Positions 1 to 9,832 of a DNA stretch of 64,000 nt are shown piece by piece. The translations under genes were made by a program, and so were the position numbers. The notes beneath the pieces were generated by a model. It searched no databases. It was not told the origin of the DNA and worked only from the letters and a program-made list of their open reading frames with translations. How positions within the stretch are numbered: the stretch's first letter is position 1; each line of letters starts with the position of its first letter. This stretch comes from Desulfosudaceae bacterium (lineage in GTDB: Bacteria; Desulfobacterota; Desulfobacteria; Desulfobacterales; Desulfosudaceae), in assembly GCA_963674745.2 (NCBI GenBank), contig CAXXDV010000003.1:1920001-1984000 (forward strand). Direction: 5' to 3'.

Positions 1-405
1 ATCGATGATGTCCGTCATGGTTGTGTCCACAATCGAATGACCATCTTCTCTGACGTTTTGCAACAAATCGGGAAACCGGGCAACCGCATGGGTTCCAAAC
101 ACGATATCCACCTGGGGGAACTTATCGATCAGGGTTCGGCCTTCATGTTGGGCGACACAGCCGCCGACAGCAATAATCAGGGACGGATTTTTCCGCTTTT
201 GTGCCGCCAGGCGCCCCAGAAAGCTCACCGCTTTCTGCCTGGCCTTGGCCCTTATGGTACAGGTGTTGACAATAATCAGGTCGGCCTCCTGATAGGAATT
301 AACGGGCCTGTAATTCATGCCGATCAACATATCGGACAGCCGGGTAGAATCATAGCTGTTCATCTGGCATCCGATCGTATTAATAAAGAAATTACGTCCC
401 ATCAT
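1..405 (-). CDS. miaB: tRNA-2-methylthio-N6-dimethylallyladenosine synthase MiaB, N-terminal part (runs off the left edge)
   Basis: Not in the ORF track. Manual reverse translation gives MMGRNFFINTIGCQMNSYDS...ADLIIVNTCTIRAKARQK...IIAVGGCVAQHEG...VDIVFGTH, the methylthiotransferase N-terminal domain (GCQMN, NTC, GC motifs). Confidence 0.9.
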   Translation of the reverse strand, partial: MMGRNFFINTIGCQMNSYDSTRLSDMLIGMNYRPVNSYQEADLIIVNTCTIRAKARQKAVSFLGRLAAQKRKNPSLIIAVGGCVAQHEGRTLIDKFPQVDIVFGTHAVARFPDLLQNVREDGHSIVDTTMTDIID

Positions 406-688
406 ACCTGCCCGAATTATTCTCTTGTGTATCAGTATCGTAAATACAGCCGTTTGTATCAGGCGCCGGCGCCGGTTCAATCAACATCTCTTTTTGCAGG
501 CTGCGGATCAGTCGGGTAATGTCCTGCTCGCAACCCGGCACGACCGAAAGAACAACGTTACCGGTAAGCGCGTCAAGCGTTGTCAGAACCCCCAGGTTGT
601 CATATCCTTCAAGAATGTACTTAAAAAACGAAATATCCCGCCTGTCAACCCGATAGTATTGTTTAATCGTTTCCACTGATGGCCTCAT
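392..688 (-). CDS. DUF4911-like small protein
   Basis: YRVDRRDISFFKYILEGYDNLGVLTTLD...VVPG pattern; overlaps the miaB start. Confidence 0.7.
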   Translation of the reverse strand: MRPSVETIKQYYRVDRRDISFFKYILEGYDNLGVLTTLDALTGNVVLSVVPGCEQDITRLIRSLQKEMLIEPAPAPDTNGCIYDTDTQENNSGRYDGT

Positions 689-694
689 GGTTAT

Positions 695-2794
695 CTACAA
701 CCTTGTCCGGTTGCTTTTTTTCCCCAGCCACTTTTCAATCTTGGTCAACAGCGTTTTCCCCTGGATAGGTTTTAACAGCAGGTCATCCATACCGATTTGA
801 ATATATTGAGCTTTTTCATAACTAACGGCGCCGGCCGTAACAGCAACAATACAGACATGCCGGGGGGAATCCCCTGCCCCGGGATTATTCGCGTATTGAT
901 CCGCCTCCCACTGCCGAATGGCCTTGGCGGCGGCGATACCGTCAAGTTCAGGCATCTGAATATCCATCAAAATCAGGCTGTATTCGTCGGGCCTGGCAAT
1001 ATATTTATCTACGGCAATTCTTCCGTCTTCCACCACATCCACCTTGTAGCCGGCTTTCCTGAGTATGGCGGCAACAAGTTTCTGATTCACAAGGTTATCC
1101 TCTGCCAGAAGGATTGTTCCAACCGATTCAGGCGCTGTAATCAAATCATCGGTCATCGAATGTTTGATGATGGACGTTTTTAAAGTATCCGTTGAATCGC
1201 TTACCCGAATCATATCGCGCAACATCTTGAACAGTTGTTCCCTGTAAACCGGTTTGGAAAGGAATCCGTCAAACCCCGCTTCCTGACATTTGCCGGGATT
1301 GCCCGAAAACGGATCGGACGTGGCGATCATGGGGATATGACCAATCGGTGGCCCGGCTTCACGAACCCGCCTGACGTAAAAGAAGTCACCGGGCATATCG
1401 CTTGCCAGTGTCGCGTCAATGATACATAAGCTGAAAGGCGCTTTTGATTTTTCAGCTTTATCGAGAATTTCCAGCATATTTTCACAACTGTCCCGGAGTT
1501 CAACTTCCATGCCCGCTGATTTCAATAAGTGGAAAAATATCTCCAGGTTGGTCTGGTTGTTATCAGCGATAAATATTTTCCCCTTTGATAAACCCGAAAG
1601 AAAAAACTGTTTCGGGCGCCCGCCATCGACCATTTTCATCCTGGGCGTAAAATAAAACACACTGCCCGCACCAGGCTTGCTTTCCACCCTGATATCGCCA
1701 TCCATCAATTCGGCAATCCGTTTACAAAGAAAAAGGCCGAGCCCGGTGCCGCCATATTTTCTGGAAACAGAGTCATTGGACTGCCGGAAAGGCTCGAAAA
1801 GGCCTTTCATATCGTCGTCAGACAATCCGATCCCGGTATCTTTTACAGAAACAAAAAGCTGTACAGCGTCCGTGTCCTCCGGATTAAAACGAGCGCCGAG
1901 TGACAACACGACTTCGCCGGAACCTGTGAACTTGGCGGCATTGCTCATCAAGTTGAGAAGAACCTGCCGAAAACGATGAGGATCGCCAAATAAATTTGCC
2001 GGTACGTTATCGTCGATGCGGCATACCAACTCAACCGGCTTGCGGTAAAGCCTTGGTCGAATCAGATTGCAGACCTCATAACAAACGGTTTCCGGATCAA
2101 AAACGATGTTTTCCAGCTTCATTTTCCCTGCTTCAATCTTCGAAGAATCAAGCAGGTCATTGAGTAAAGACAGCAGGACCTCCCCGCTCATCTTTATATT
2201 GTCGGCATATCCTTTCTGTTCCGGGTTCAATTCAGTGGTTAAAAGGATATCCGTAAAACCGAGGATACCTGTCAGCGGTGTCCTTATTTCATGACTGATA
2301 TTGGCCAGCAGATCACTTTTTGCCTGAGCTGTCTGACGTACTTCATTCATCATCCGATTGACCTGGTGCACTGTTTCCATCAACCGCTCATTGGTGTTCT
2401 GGAACTCCTTGACCAGCTTTTTCTCTCTTTCAATCCGTTCGATGCGGGCCGCCAGCTCCATCATTTCAAACGGTTTGACCAGGTAATCAGAGGCGCCGGC
2501 ATTGATGATCTCCACATAGGAATGTTCCCCGGAATGGCCGGTCATAATAATAAAGTCCAGATCCGGGGACATCATTTTGGCCTCGTTCATCAGCTCAATG
2601 CCGTCTTTTCCGGGCATAACGACATCGGCCACCACCACATCGATTGCCGAATCCCTGATGATCTTCAGGGCGCTGTCGGCATCACGGGCGGCCTTGCTGT
2701 AATAGCCGCGCTGCAAGAGGAACTGCTCTAATGAATCCAGAAACATCCTGTCATCATCGACGATGAGAACAGTCTTATTGATCTGTTCCGCCAT
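695..2794 (-). CDS. Cytoplasmic hybrid histidine kinase (REC-HisKA-HATPase-REC-REC)
   Basis: N-terminal receiver (VLIVDDD..DVVMPG); H-box [10 protein letters not shown]-box [11 protein letters not shown]-boxes DTGIG and GGTGLGL; C-terminal receivers (ILMDIQMP). Confidence 0.92.
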   Translation of the reverse strand: MAEQINKTVLIVDDDRMFLDSLEQFLLQRGYYSKAARDADSALKIIRDSAIDVVVADVVMPGKDGIELMNEAKMMSPDLDFIIMTGHSGEHSYVEIINAGASDYLVKPFEMMELAARIERIEREKKLVKEFQNTNERLMETVHQVNRMMNEVRQTAQAKSDLLANISHEIRTPLTGILGFTDILLTTELNPEQKGYADNIKMSGEVLLSLLNDLLDSSKIEAGKMKLENIVFDPETVCYEVCNLIRPRLYRKPVELVCRIDDNVPANLFGDPHRFRQVLLNLMSNAAKFTGSGEVVLSLGARFNPEDTDAVQLFVSVKDTGIGLSDDDMKGLFEPFRQSNDSVSRKYGGTGLGLFLCKRIAELMDGDIRVESKPGAGSVFYFTPRMKMVDGGRPKQFFLSGLSKGKIFIADNNQTNLEIFFHLLKSAGMEVELRDSCENMLEILDKAEKSKAPFSLCIIDATLASDMPGDFFYVRRVREAGPPIGHIPMIATSDPFSGNPGKCQEAGFDGFLSKPVYREQLFKMLRDMIRVSDSTDTLKTSIIKHSMTDDLITAPESVGTILLAEDNLVNQKLVAAILRKAGYKVDVVEDGRIAVDKYIARPDEYSLILMDIQMPELDGIAAAKAIRQWEADQYANNPGAGDSPRHVCIVAVTAGAVSYEKAQYIQIGMDDLLLKPIQGKTLLTKIEKWLGKKSNRTRL

Positions 2795-2797
2795 ACC

Positions 2798-3361
2798 CTA
2801 TCCCTTAACGCGTTCCACGTAAGCTTTTGTCCGGGTGTCAACTTTCAACTTATCACCGACTTCGATGAACGGCGGCACCTGAAGAACGCATCCGGTTTCC
2901 AGTGTAACCGGTTTATTACTGCCCGAAGCGGTGTCACCCTTGACCCAGGGGTCCGCCTCGGTGACCGCCAGCTCGATGAAATTCGGCAAGGTAATACCGA
3001 TGGGGGTATTTTCAAAAAAGAGAACGTCACAAACCGTGTTCTCTTTGAGCAGGTCCAGAACATCCGAAATCTGATCGGCCGTAACAAATATCTGTTCATA
3101 GGTTGAAGAATCCATGAAACAGTAACTGTTACTGTCGGCGTAAAGATACTCCATTTTACGTTCTTCCAGATCGGCCTTGTCCACTTTGTCACCGCTCCGG
3201 TAAGTATGGTCAAACTGCGCCCCGGTTTTCATGTTTTTTAGTTTGCACTTGTAGAGGGCCTGACCTTTTCCGGGCTTGACAAACTCAAACCCCACAATCA
3301 CGTGCGGATCACCATCAATAGCGATTTTTAACCCTTTTTTCAATTCTCCGGCTTCGTACAT
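2798..3361 (-). CDS. efp: Translation elongation factor P
   Basis: KPGKGQA loop, KGDTASGSNKP, VPPFI..GD.L.VDTR. Confidence 0.97.
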   Translation of the reverse strand: MYEAGELKKGLKIAIDGDPHVIVGFEFVKPGKGQALYKCKLKNMKTGAQFDHTYRSGDKVDKADLEERKMEYLYADSNSYCFMDSSTYEQIFVTADQISDVLDLLKENTVCDVLFFENTPIGITLPNFIELAVTEADPWVKGDTASGSNKPVTLETGCVLQVPPFIEVGDKLKVDTRTKAYVERVKG

Positions 3362-3394
3362 CCTGTTTTAGCCTCCTTCAATAATTGGTTCCCT

Positions 3395-4174
3395 TCACAT
3401 TAATCCGTCCGCCGCCGCCCGTCGCACCTCGTCGACCAGGCGCTTAACCTTTTCATAATCCTTTTCAAACCGTATAAAACCGCCCCGTCCGTCATCCCGA
3501 TTGGTGCGGCTGCAACTATCCACACCGGCCGGGCGGGTTCGGGCAATTGCCTCATAAACATTTTCCGGTGATATGCCACCTGCCAGTATCACAGGGATAC
3601 GGGTAGACGCAACCAGCGCTGAAACGGCATCCCAGTCACAGGGGATACCGGTGATACCGACGAATCCCGGCACAGGCTGCCGATCCGGACCGGCATCCGC
3701 AGGAGCAGGAAGAACGGTATCCGTCAAAAAATAGTCCGTCATCGGCTCAAACAGGGGGACGATCTCCAAAAGCCCCTCTTTTTCGCCTTCGACCGAAGGA
3801 CTGACGGGAAGACTTCTCATTATTTTTATTTCCGGAAACCGTTCTTTTAATTTCTTCTGTCGCTTCAAAAGTATGTCGATTTCCGACTTTTTTATCGGTA
3901 TCGTAGAAATCGTCTCACAGCAGTGGACAATATGCGGCTGGTAATAATCAAGCGCCCGGGAAATGCTATCCACAGAAGAAAACAGGGGGAGAATGCTGCT
4001 TTTTGAATCACTTTCCGATACAAGACGCACGGTCTCTTTTAATTCCCGGACCTTCCAGTTCTGTTCATCCAGCAACACACTGCCGATATGATCAACCCCC
4101 ATATTGATCATTGGATCCGCCGCTTTGGGTGATTGAATTTCATATATCTGAGTTAAAATGTGATGATCGGTCAT
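3395..4174 (-). CDS. trpF: Phosphoribosylanthranilate isomerase-like TIM barrel protein
   Basis: GITG..CDW, VILAGGISPENV, RPAGVDSCS, KD..KV..LV motifs; N-terminus is atypical. Confidence 0.65.
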   Translation of the reverse strand: MTDHHILTQIYEIQSPKAADPMINMGVDHIGSVLLDEQNWKVRELKETVRLVSESDSKSSILPLFSSVDSISRALDYYQPHIVHCCETISTIPIKKSEIDILLKRQKKLKERFPEIKIMRSLPVSPSVEGEKEGLLEIVPLFEPMTDYFLTDTVLPAPADAGPDRQPVPGFVGITGIPCDWDAVSALVASTRIPVILAGGISPENVYEAIARTRPAGVDSCSRTNRDDGRGGFIRFEKDYEKVKRLVDEVRRAAADGLM

Positions 4175-4265
4175 AACAACCGTCCTTCATCATCGGCTTG
4201 CGGGGGAAGCGGATCAAAAAAGTGCCCCGCCCTGTGATCACAATTAATCCGGATATCGGGATTTC

Positions 4266-4538
4266 TTAACCCGGTTATTTCACGAGTCGAGTTTGCCGCA
4301 GATGCGAGGCGCAGCATGCGAAGCTGTAGTGAACTACTGCGAGTATGCTGCAACAAAGCAGATGCGGTGAAATCGGCTCGCCCAAAGGGTGAAATTTTTT
4401 GATATAAAATTGACCGGATTCCTTCAGATAAAAATTACAGTTTGCATTTTATTAAAACGGATAAAACCCGACATAACATTCTGAGATATAAATATAATAT
4501 ATCCAATATCAAAAAATTTCATGAAATATCCGGGTTAA
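4266..4538. mobile_element. MITE-like non-autonomous element, 273 bp
   Basis: Terminal inverted repeats TTAACCCGGTTATTTCACGA (4266-4285) and TCATGAAATATCCGGGTTAA (4519-4538) pair at 18/20. Internal perfect 16-bp IR at 4390-4405/4506-4521. No coding capacity. Confidence 0.7.
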
Positions 4539-4546
4539 CGCTCCTG

Positions 4547-5431
4547 TCAAGACGTCATCCATAAATTAATAAACCCCTGGTTGGAACAGTCCGCATCCAC
4601 TTCATTCACCCATGACCGGAGAACATCAGTTCCGACAGGCCACAGTTGATGGCTGTGATGGTCTATAATACTCATATCCATACCAAAAGATGCCAGAATG
4701 TCCAACAGTTGATGTCCGGAAGCACCGGACATTCTTAAACCAAAAGGCCAGAATTCCACAATCATCTTCAGATGGCTTTTATTGTCCAAAACGATATCTT
4801 CCAAGCCTCTAAGAATGTGGTATTCCGCTCCCTGGGTATCGATCTTGATAAAATCAACCCTGTCGCTCAGGGATTTCAGGCGTCTTCCGTCAATCACCTC
4901 AATGGTCGTTTTTACGCGTTTTTCGCCGCTGCTATACAGACGATGATCGCCCATATTATCCGGTGACTTATATAGATGCCCACATCCCTCGTAATCGGAT
5001 ACGGCCGCCTGGACAGCAATGACATTATCAATCTGATTTAACGACAGGTTCTCGCAAAGCAACTTGAAATTTGCCTCGTCCGGTTCGCAGGCGATGACGA
5101 TACCACCCTCTTTTACAATGGCCGAAGCCAATATCGTATAATAACCGATATTGGCACCAATATCCAGAAAGATATCACCGGCTTTAAGGTAGTTTATCAC
5201 CAGTGATGTCTCGTAGGGTTCCCAGATTTTGCTGGTTTGGATCTGCCTGGAAACACATAAGTCCGACTGCGCATGTGTGCGCATGATTAAACGGCTGTCA
5301 AGGCCGGGTATGTCAAGTCGGCTTTCCAACACGGGCACCTGGTATGTTCGATTTCTTCTTGCGGTATTATTTGATGGCCTAGTAAAAAATAAAATACCGC
5401 GATTGAACTTTTTTACGAAGCCCTCAGACAT
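4547..5431 (-). CDS. FkbM family SAM-dependent methyltransferase
   Basis: WEPYET, FLDIGANIGYY, ACEPD..NF, VDFIKIDTQGAE; true start may be downstream of the annotated one. Confidence 0.88.
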   Translation of the reverse strand: MSEGFVKKFNRGILFFTRPSNNTARRNRTYQVPVLESRLDIPGLDSRLIMRTHAQSDLCVSRQIQTSKIWEPYETSLVINYLKAGDIFLDIGANIGYYTILASAIVKEGGIVIACEPDEANFKLLCENLSLNQIDNVIAVQAAVSDYEGCGHLYKSPDNMGDHRLYSSGEKRVKTTIEVIDGRRLKSLSDRVDFIKIDTQGAEYHILRGLEDIVLDNKSHLKMIVEFWPFGLRMSGASGHQLLDILASFGMDMSIIDHHSHQLWPVGTDVLRSWVNEVDADCSNQGFINLWMTS

Positions 5432-5542
5432 TTCATACTTGCACCAATATCCCGTTTAACCTATATTTACTTTGCTGTTATAGCAAGCAATTACTTTTCA
5501 CCCGGGCGCAAAACGGAACCGACATAAAAAAGGAATAACACA

Positions 5543-7120
5543 GTGCCTGTAATATACCCTGTCGCAGGCGGCAAGGGCGGTATTGGAAAAAGCTTTATTA
5601 CCGCTAACCTCGGATACCTGCTGGCAAAAGAGGGGAAAAAGGTGCTTTTAAGCGATTTCGACCTTGGCAGTGCCAACCTTCATTCTATGCTTGGGATGAA
5701 AAACCCGGATACAGGTCTGAGCCATTTTCTGGACAAAACGTCGCCGGATCTGATGGATACGATTGTATCCTGCCAGAACCCCGGGCTTTTTCTGTTGAAC
5801 GCTCAAAAATGCGGTCTGGAAGCCGCCAACCTGCCTTACGCCCAGGTTCAGAAAATTATCAATGCCATTTCCCGATTGTCGTATGACCTTATTCTGCTGG
5901 ACCTGGGTGCCGGCACCCATTTCAATACCCTGGATTTCTTACTGACATCAACAAATGTGATTATGGTCTTTACCCCGGAACCGACCTCAATTGAAAGCGG
6001 TGTCAGATTTATCGAAACGGTTTACTTCAGGGCTTTAAAAAAACTTTTAAAACAACAGCGAATGAATGCGATCCTGAAAAGCACGGGCACACCATTTGCC
6101 CTATCCCTCTCGGAAATTGTGAACACGCTTGTCCGCGAAACGGACGATGACGGTCCGAACCTGCTTCAATGCCTGGGTAATTTTTCTTTCAAACTCATCA
6201 TCAATCAGGCCAGAAGTCAGGACAGCCTGAGTTTTGGCACGGCTTTATTGAAAATGTTTCGGCGTCACTTTTATTCCAGCTTTGAACTGATCGGCATCCT
6301 CGATTATGACGAAAAAATCCTTGATGCCATATCCTCAAAACAACTTTATGCCAAGAAATTCCCTCGTTCCAGAACCACTCATGATCTGACAAAAATCGCA
6401 AAACGTATTGTCTCCGTCAACAATGCGCCTGCACATGCCCCCGTCAGAATTTTTTCCACCCGTAACTATTACGAACTTTTAGACATCCAGCCTGATGCCA
6501 CGTTGAGTGAGGTGCAAAAGGCGCACCAGACCACCCTCGACCTTTACCGGAACAACCCGAAAATTACAGATGCGTTATTCAGCATAAAAGAAATAAACAA
6601 TATCCTGGAAAAAATTGATTCAGCCGCCCAGGTCTTAATTAATCCCAATAAAAGAAGGGAATATGACGCATCTTTATTCATTAACAAACCAGAAAATGAA
6701 AAGAATTACGCTAAATCGGCCGGCAGCAGAGAAACAACTATTGGCAATAATGACGATTTCGACAGAAAGGAGGGTCGTATCCCGTCATTGCAGACAAAAG
6801 CAAAGAAAAATCCTGAAACGCAAAATTTGATAGAAAAGCTCAACAAGCAGCCGGTTATTTCCGGCTGGGATTTAAAAGCACTCCGGACTGCTTCAGGTTT
6901 TACCATTGAAACCATTTTTGAAAAAACCCGGGTCGGCATCTCCATTTTGAAAGACATCGAAGAAGACCGGTTTGACGCTTTACCGCCGATGATCTATCTA
7001 AAAGGTTTCCTGAAAGCATATGCCCGGGAACTCCAACTGCCACCCGGCGCTGTTGTTGATGGATATCTGAAAAATATCGAAAAAAAAGATCGTTACCGGC
7101 CGGAAAGGCCGAACGGTTAA
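5543..7120 (+). CDS. MinD/FlhG-like ATPase fused to a J-like domain and a RodZ-type HTH
   Basis: Deviant Walker A GGKGGIGKS, DLGAG, TPEPTS; then NYYELLDI...NKRREYD (J-like); then LKALR..TRVG..IEEDRF..LPP.IYLKGFLKAYA (HTH). Confidence 0.85.
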   Translation: MPVIYPVAGGKGGIGKSFITANLGYLLAKEGKKVLLSDFDLGSANLHSMLGMKNPDTGLSHFLDKTSPDLMDTIVSCQNPGLFLLNAQKCGLEAANLPYAQVQKIINAISRLSYDLILLDLGAGTHFNTLDFLLTSTNVIMVFTPEPTSIESGVRFIETVYFRALKKLLKQQRMNAILKSTGTPFALSLSEIVNTLVRETDDDGPNLLQCLGNFSFKLIINQARSQDSLSFGTALLKMFRRHFYSSFELIGILDYDEKILDAISSKQLYAKKFPRSRTTHDLTKIAKRIVSVNNAPAHAPVRIFSTRNYYELLDIQPDATLSEVQKAHQTTLDLYRNNPKITDALFSIKEINNILEKIDSAAQVLINPNKRREYDASLFINKPENEKNYAKSAGSRETTIGNNDDFDRKEGRIPSLQTKAKKNPETQNLIEKLNKQPVISGWDLKALRTASGFTIETIFEKTRVGISILKDIEEDRFDALPPMIYLKGFLKAYARELQLPPGAVVDGYLKNIEKKDRYRPERPNG

Positions 7121-7878
7121 GGCCGCTTCCGGCTTTCGGAAAAGACGGTAGCCTGTTTTGACATACTTTGCTGCTGATACCTGGGCTTTTTAACCATTCG
7201 CTTCAAGTTTTCAAGTGTCTTGTAAGGCGTATTATCAAAGAAGGTGGTCATCAGCCATGCCGGGAAATGCCCACCCACATCCGCATAAACCAGATAAGTC
7301 AATTTCGTTTTATTCCGGTCAAGCATGGTCAGCGTCCATCGGCCTTTCATAAAAGTGACTTTTACCATCGAATCGGTATCCACTAATGTGCCCACATCCC
7401 GGTTAAGGGAATCTTCATCAACCTCAAAATCAATGATAATCTGTTTCTGAGAAGTGTCAGCGGATTTTCGGAAACTGAAAACCGCGTAACGGTCCTGAAA
7501 AGGCCATGGTAAATCAGCAATATTAATAATTGTTTTCCTGCCATCCGCCGTTTCATCAATCAGCCTGGCAAACCGGCAATAGGGGAACCATTCAACAGCA
7601 GCCGGTATATCCCCCATGACAGCCGACACACACAGAATGTCTTCTTCAAGAACCATTTCGGACCGATATTCCCTTATGTCCGTTCCCGAATGAGTTTTCC
7701 TGTATACCCTGATATCATTTTTTTCGACAACCAGTGTCCAATCATCCTCGGCGCAAACAGCCTGCGTCCAGCAGAGAACGATCAGCACCACAAAAAAAAT
7801 GATGTTTGTTTTTATCACCATAAAAATGTTTCCCATTAAAAAAAAGCGTAATTTTAAAAATATATCATCAGAGAACAA
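7117..7878 (-). CDS. START-like lipid-binding domain protein, probably exported
   Basis: Signal-like N-terminus; W.LV.EKNDIRVY, LPWPFQDR, GRW.L, ADVGGHFPAWL; true start probably near 7820. Confidence 0.8.
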   Translation of the reverse strand: MFSDDIFLKLRFFLMGNIFMVIKTNIIFFVVLIVLCWTQAVCAEDDWTLVVEKNDIRVYRKTHSGTDIREYRSEMVLEEDILCVSAVMGDIPAAVEWFPYCRFARLIDETADGRKTIINIADLPWPFQDRYAVFSFRKSADTSQKQIIIDFEVDEDSLNRDVGTLVDTDSMVKVTFMKGRWTLTMLDRNKTKLTYLVYADVGGHFPAWLMTTFFDNTPYKTLENLKRMVKKPRYQQQSMSKQATVFSESRKRP

Positions 7879-8122
7879 AACAAGTCAAAATGATATATAA
7901 AAAATTCGAAATATCGTTTTTTATGATGTAACCGGCATTGAAAAATATGGTTCATTTCCCGATTAGTGGTAGTAAACAAATTGTATAATGTTCAGTAAAG
8001 TCGATGGGTTTTAAGAAAGAGCCAAAAAACAAAACCCGAACAATTCGGTCTTTGCCCTTTACAAGAAATGTAAATCAGAGTATTTAAGCTGGGACAAACT
8101 TAATTAAACGAATTTTATATAT

Positions 8123-9184
8123 ATGTCCGCACTTTACAGTCTCACCATTATAATTTTTTGCGTTTACCTGCTGATCATCATTTCCAATGATTATTTCATC
8201 AAAAGCCTGGACCGGATTGCGGAAAAGCTGAAGCTTTCCCCCAGCGTGGCCGGCGCCACACTCATGGCGGCCGGTTCATCGGCACCGGAACTTTCCATCG
8301 CCCTGTTCGCCCTGTTTACGCACGGCGGCGTTCACAGTGATGTGGGTATCGGAACGATTGTCGGCTCTGCTGTCTTTAACATTCTTGTCATCACCGGTCT
8401 GTCCGCAATCGTCAGAACTGCTGAAGTCACCATCAGCGCCATCCTTCGCGATACAGCCTTTTACCTGGCCAGTATCATTGCTTTACTGGTGGTTTTTATT
8501 GATGGTCGGATCACCGCTTATGAACCTTTTATTTTATTGGGACTTTACGGTATTTATATGCTGGCGCTTTATTTTATGCCGGGTGATGAATACCTGGAGC
8601 ACCACCCTCCTGCTGACGACAACGTTATTCAGGTCCGGGGTAAGTCCTTGAAAAACATCCTGATCCGGCTTGACCGTTACCTTAAATCCGTCATATCCCT
8701 TTTATCAGGCGACGCCCATCAAAACTATATCAGGGCCTTTACGGTTTCCATTCTCATAATTGTTCTGCTGAGTAAATTCCTGGTTGACCACGCCATTCTT
8801 TTCGCCCAGTCCATTCACCTGCCCCCGGTCATCATTGCCCTGACCATTCTGGCAGCCGGCACATCAGCTCCAGACCTTATCTCTTCAATAATTGTCGTCC
8901 GGCGGGGACATGGCGACATGGCCATTGCCAACGCGGTCGGTTCAAATATATTCGATATCCTCATCGGCCTGGGACTGCCCTGGCTGATAGGCCTCTGGTT
9001 CACAACCCAGGATACAATCATTGTAGGCACGGCCAACCTGATCGAATCCGTGTTTATACTGATCGGCACGGTTCTGCTTCTCTTTGCATTCCTTTTTTTC
9101 AACAAACATCTGGCCAAGTCCCATGGCATATTTTTGTTAATTGTCTATGCCTGCTACGTGGGATGGGTCATGATTTTCTCATGA
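8123..9184 (+). CDS. Calcium/sodium antiporter (CaCA, YrbG/NCKX-like)
   Basis: Alpha repeats GATLMAAGSSAPEL...GSAVFN and AAGTSAPDL...GSNIFD; about 10 TM segments. Confidence 0.93.
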   Translation: MSALYSLTIIIFCVYLLIIISNDYFIKSLDRIAEKLKLSPSVAGATLMAAGSSAPELSIALFALFTHGGVHSDVGIGTIVGSAVFNILVITGLSAIVRTAEVTISAILRDTAFYLASIIALLVVFIDGRITAYEPFILLGLYGIYMLALYFMPGDEYLEHHPPADDNVIQVRGKSLKNILIRLDRYLKSVISLLSGDAHQNYIRAFTVSILIIVLLSKFLVDHAILFAQSIHLPPVIIALTILAAGTSAPDLISSIIVVRRGHGDMAIANAVGSNIFDILIGLGLPWLIGLWFTTQDTIIVGTANLIESVFILIGTVLLLFAFLFFNKHLAKSHGIFLLIVYACYVGWVMIFS

Positions 9185-9245
9185 TATGAACCGGCACCCA
9201 TATTTACGACCTGCTCTTTTATCTTGCCTGAAATTTGATTTCCAC

Positions 9246-9353
9246 TTTGTCATCCCGGCAAGCGAAACGGAACGCAAGCCGTTATCCAGATTGGACGTGC
9301 GGCTAATCCCGATGGGAACAAGCATAAATGATCAAAGATTATGGAATGACAAA
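9246..9353. repeat. Degenerate REP/palindromic intergenic element
   Basis: Ends TTTGTCATCCC / GGAATGACAAA pair at 10/11; resembles GTCATTCC...GGAATGAC-type palindromic elements. Confidence 0.45.
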
Positions 9354-9464
9354 TACCGGATACGAAAACCCGAAAAAATTGACAACTATTTAGAATTAAA
9401 TTATAATTGTTTGATCATATGGCATTTACAATAAAAGTCACTCAATCCATTAAAAGGACAGGCC

Positions 9465-9782
9465 ATGAAACGAAAAAAAACCAAACGAATCCTATGTATA
9501 TTGGTGTTGTTTGTTCTCACCGTCAACCTGTGCCCGGCAGTCCTGGCTGAACAGGTTCGAAGTCCGGTCCAGAAAACCCTGGACACCCCGACGCCGACAG
9601 ATACGTTTATCGACGCCCTCTTTTACAGACCCGTGGGGCTGGCGCTGATTCCCATCGGTGCGGCGGTGTTTATTATCTCCCTGCCCTTTTCGGCAACCGG
9701 GGGGAATGTGCCCACCGCTTTTAACAACCTGGTTACGGCTCCGGCCAAATACACCTTTTGCCGGCCGCTGGGGGAAATTTAA
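9465..9782 (+). CDS. Small exported/membrane conserved hypothetical protein
   Basis: RBS AAAGGA, signal peptide, D.LFYRPVGL...FIISLPFS..GG...LV..PA.YTF.RPLG. Confidence 0.75.
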   Translation: MKRKKTKRILCILVLFVLTVNLCPAVLAEQVRSPVQKTLDTPTPTDTFIDALFYRPVGLALIPIGAAVFIISLPFSATGGNVPTAFNNLVTAPAKYTFCRPLGEI

Positions 9783-9832
9783 CGCAGATGTTGCCAGGGT
9801 CCCGGGTTCAACCCCCTCTTTAAAAGTTCGGG

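Noticed and set aside
37..519. 160-aa plus-strand ORF
   Set aside because: Antisense shadow of miaB and the DUF4911 gene, which carry clear motifs on the minus strand.
9790..9832. tRNA-like GGGTTCAACCCC T-arm
   Set aside because: No cloverleaf can be built, and the intergenic gap is too short.
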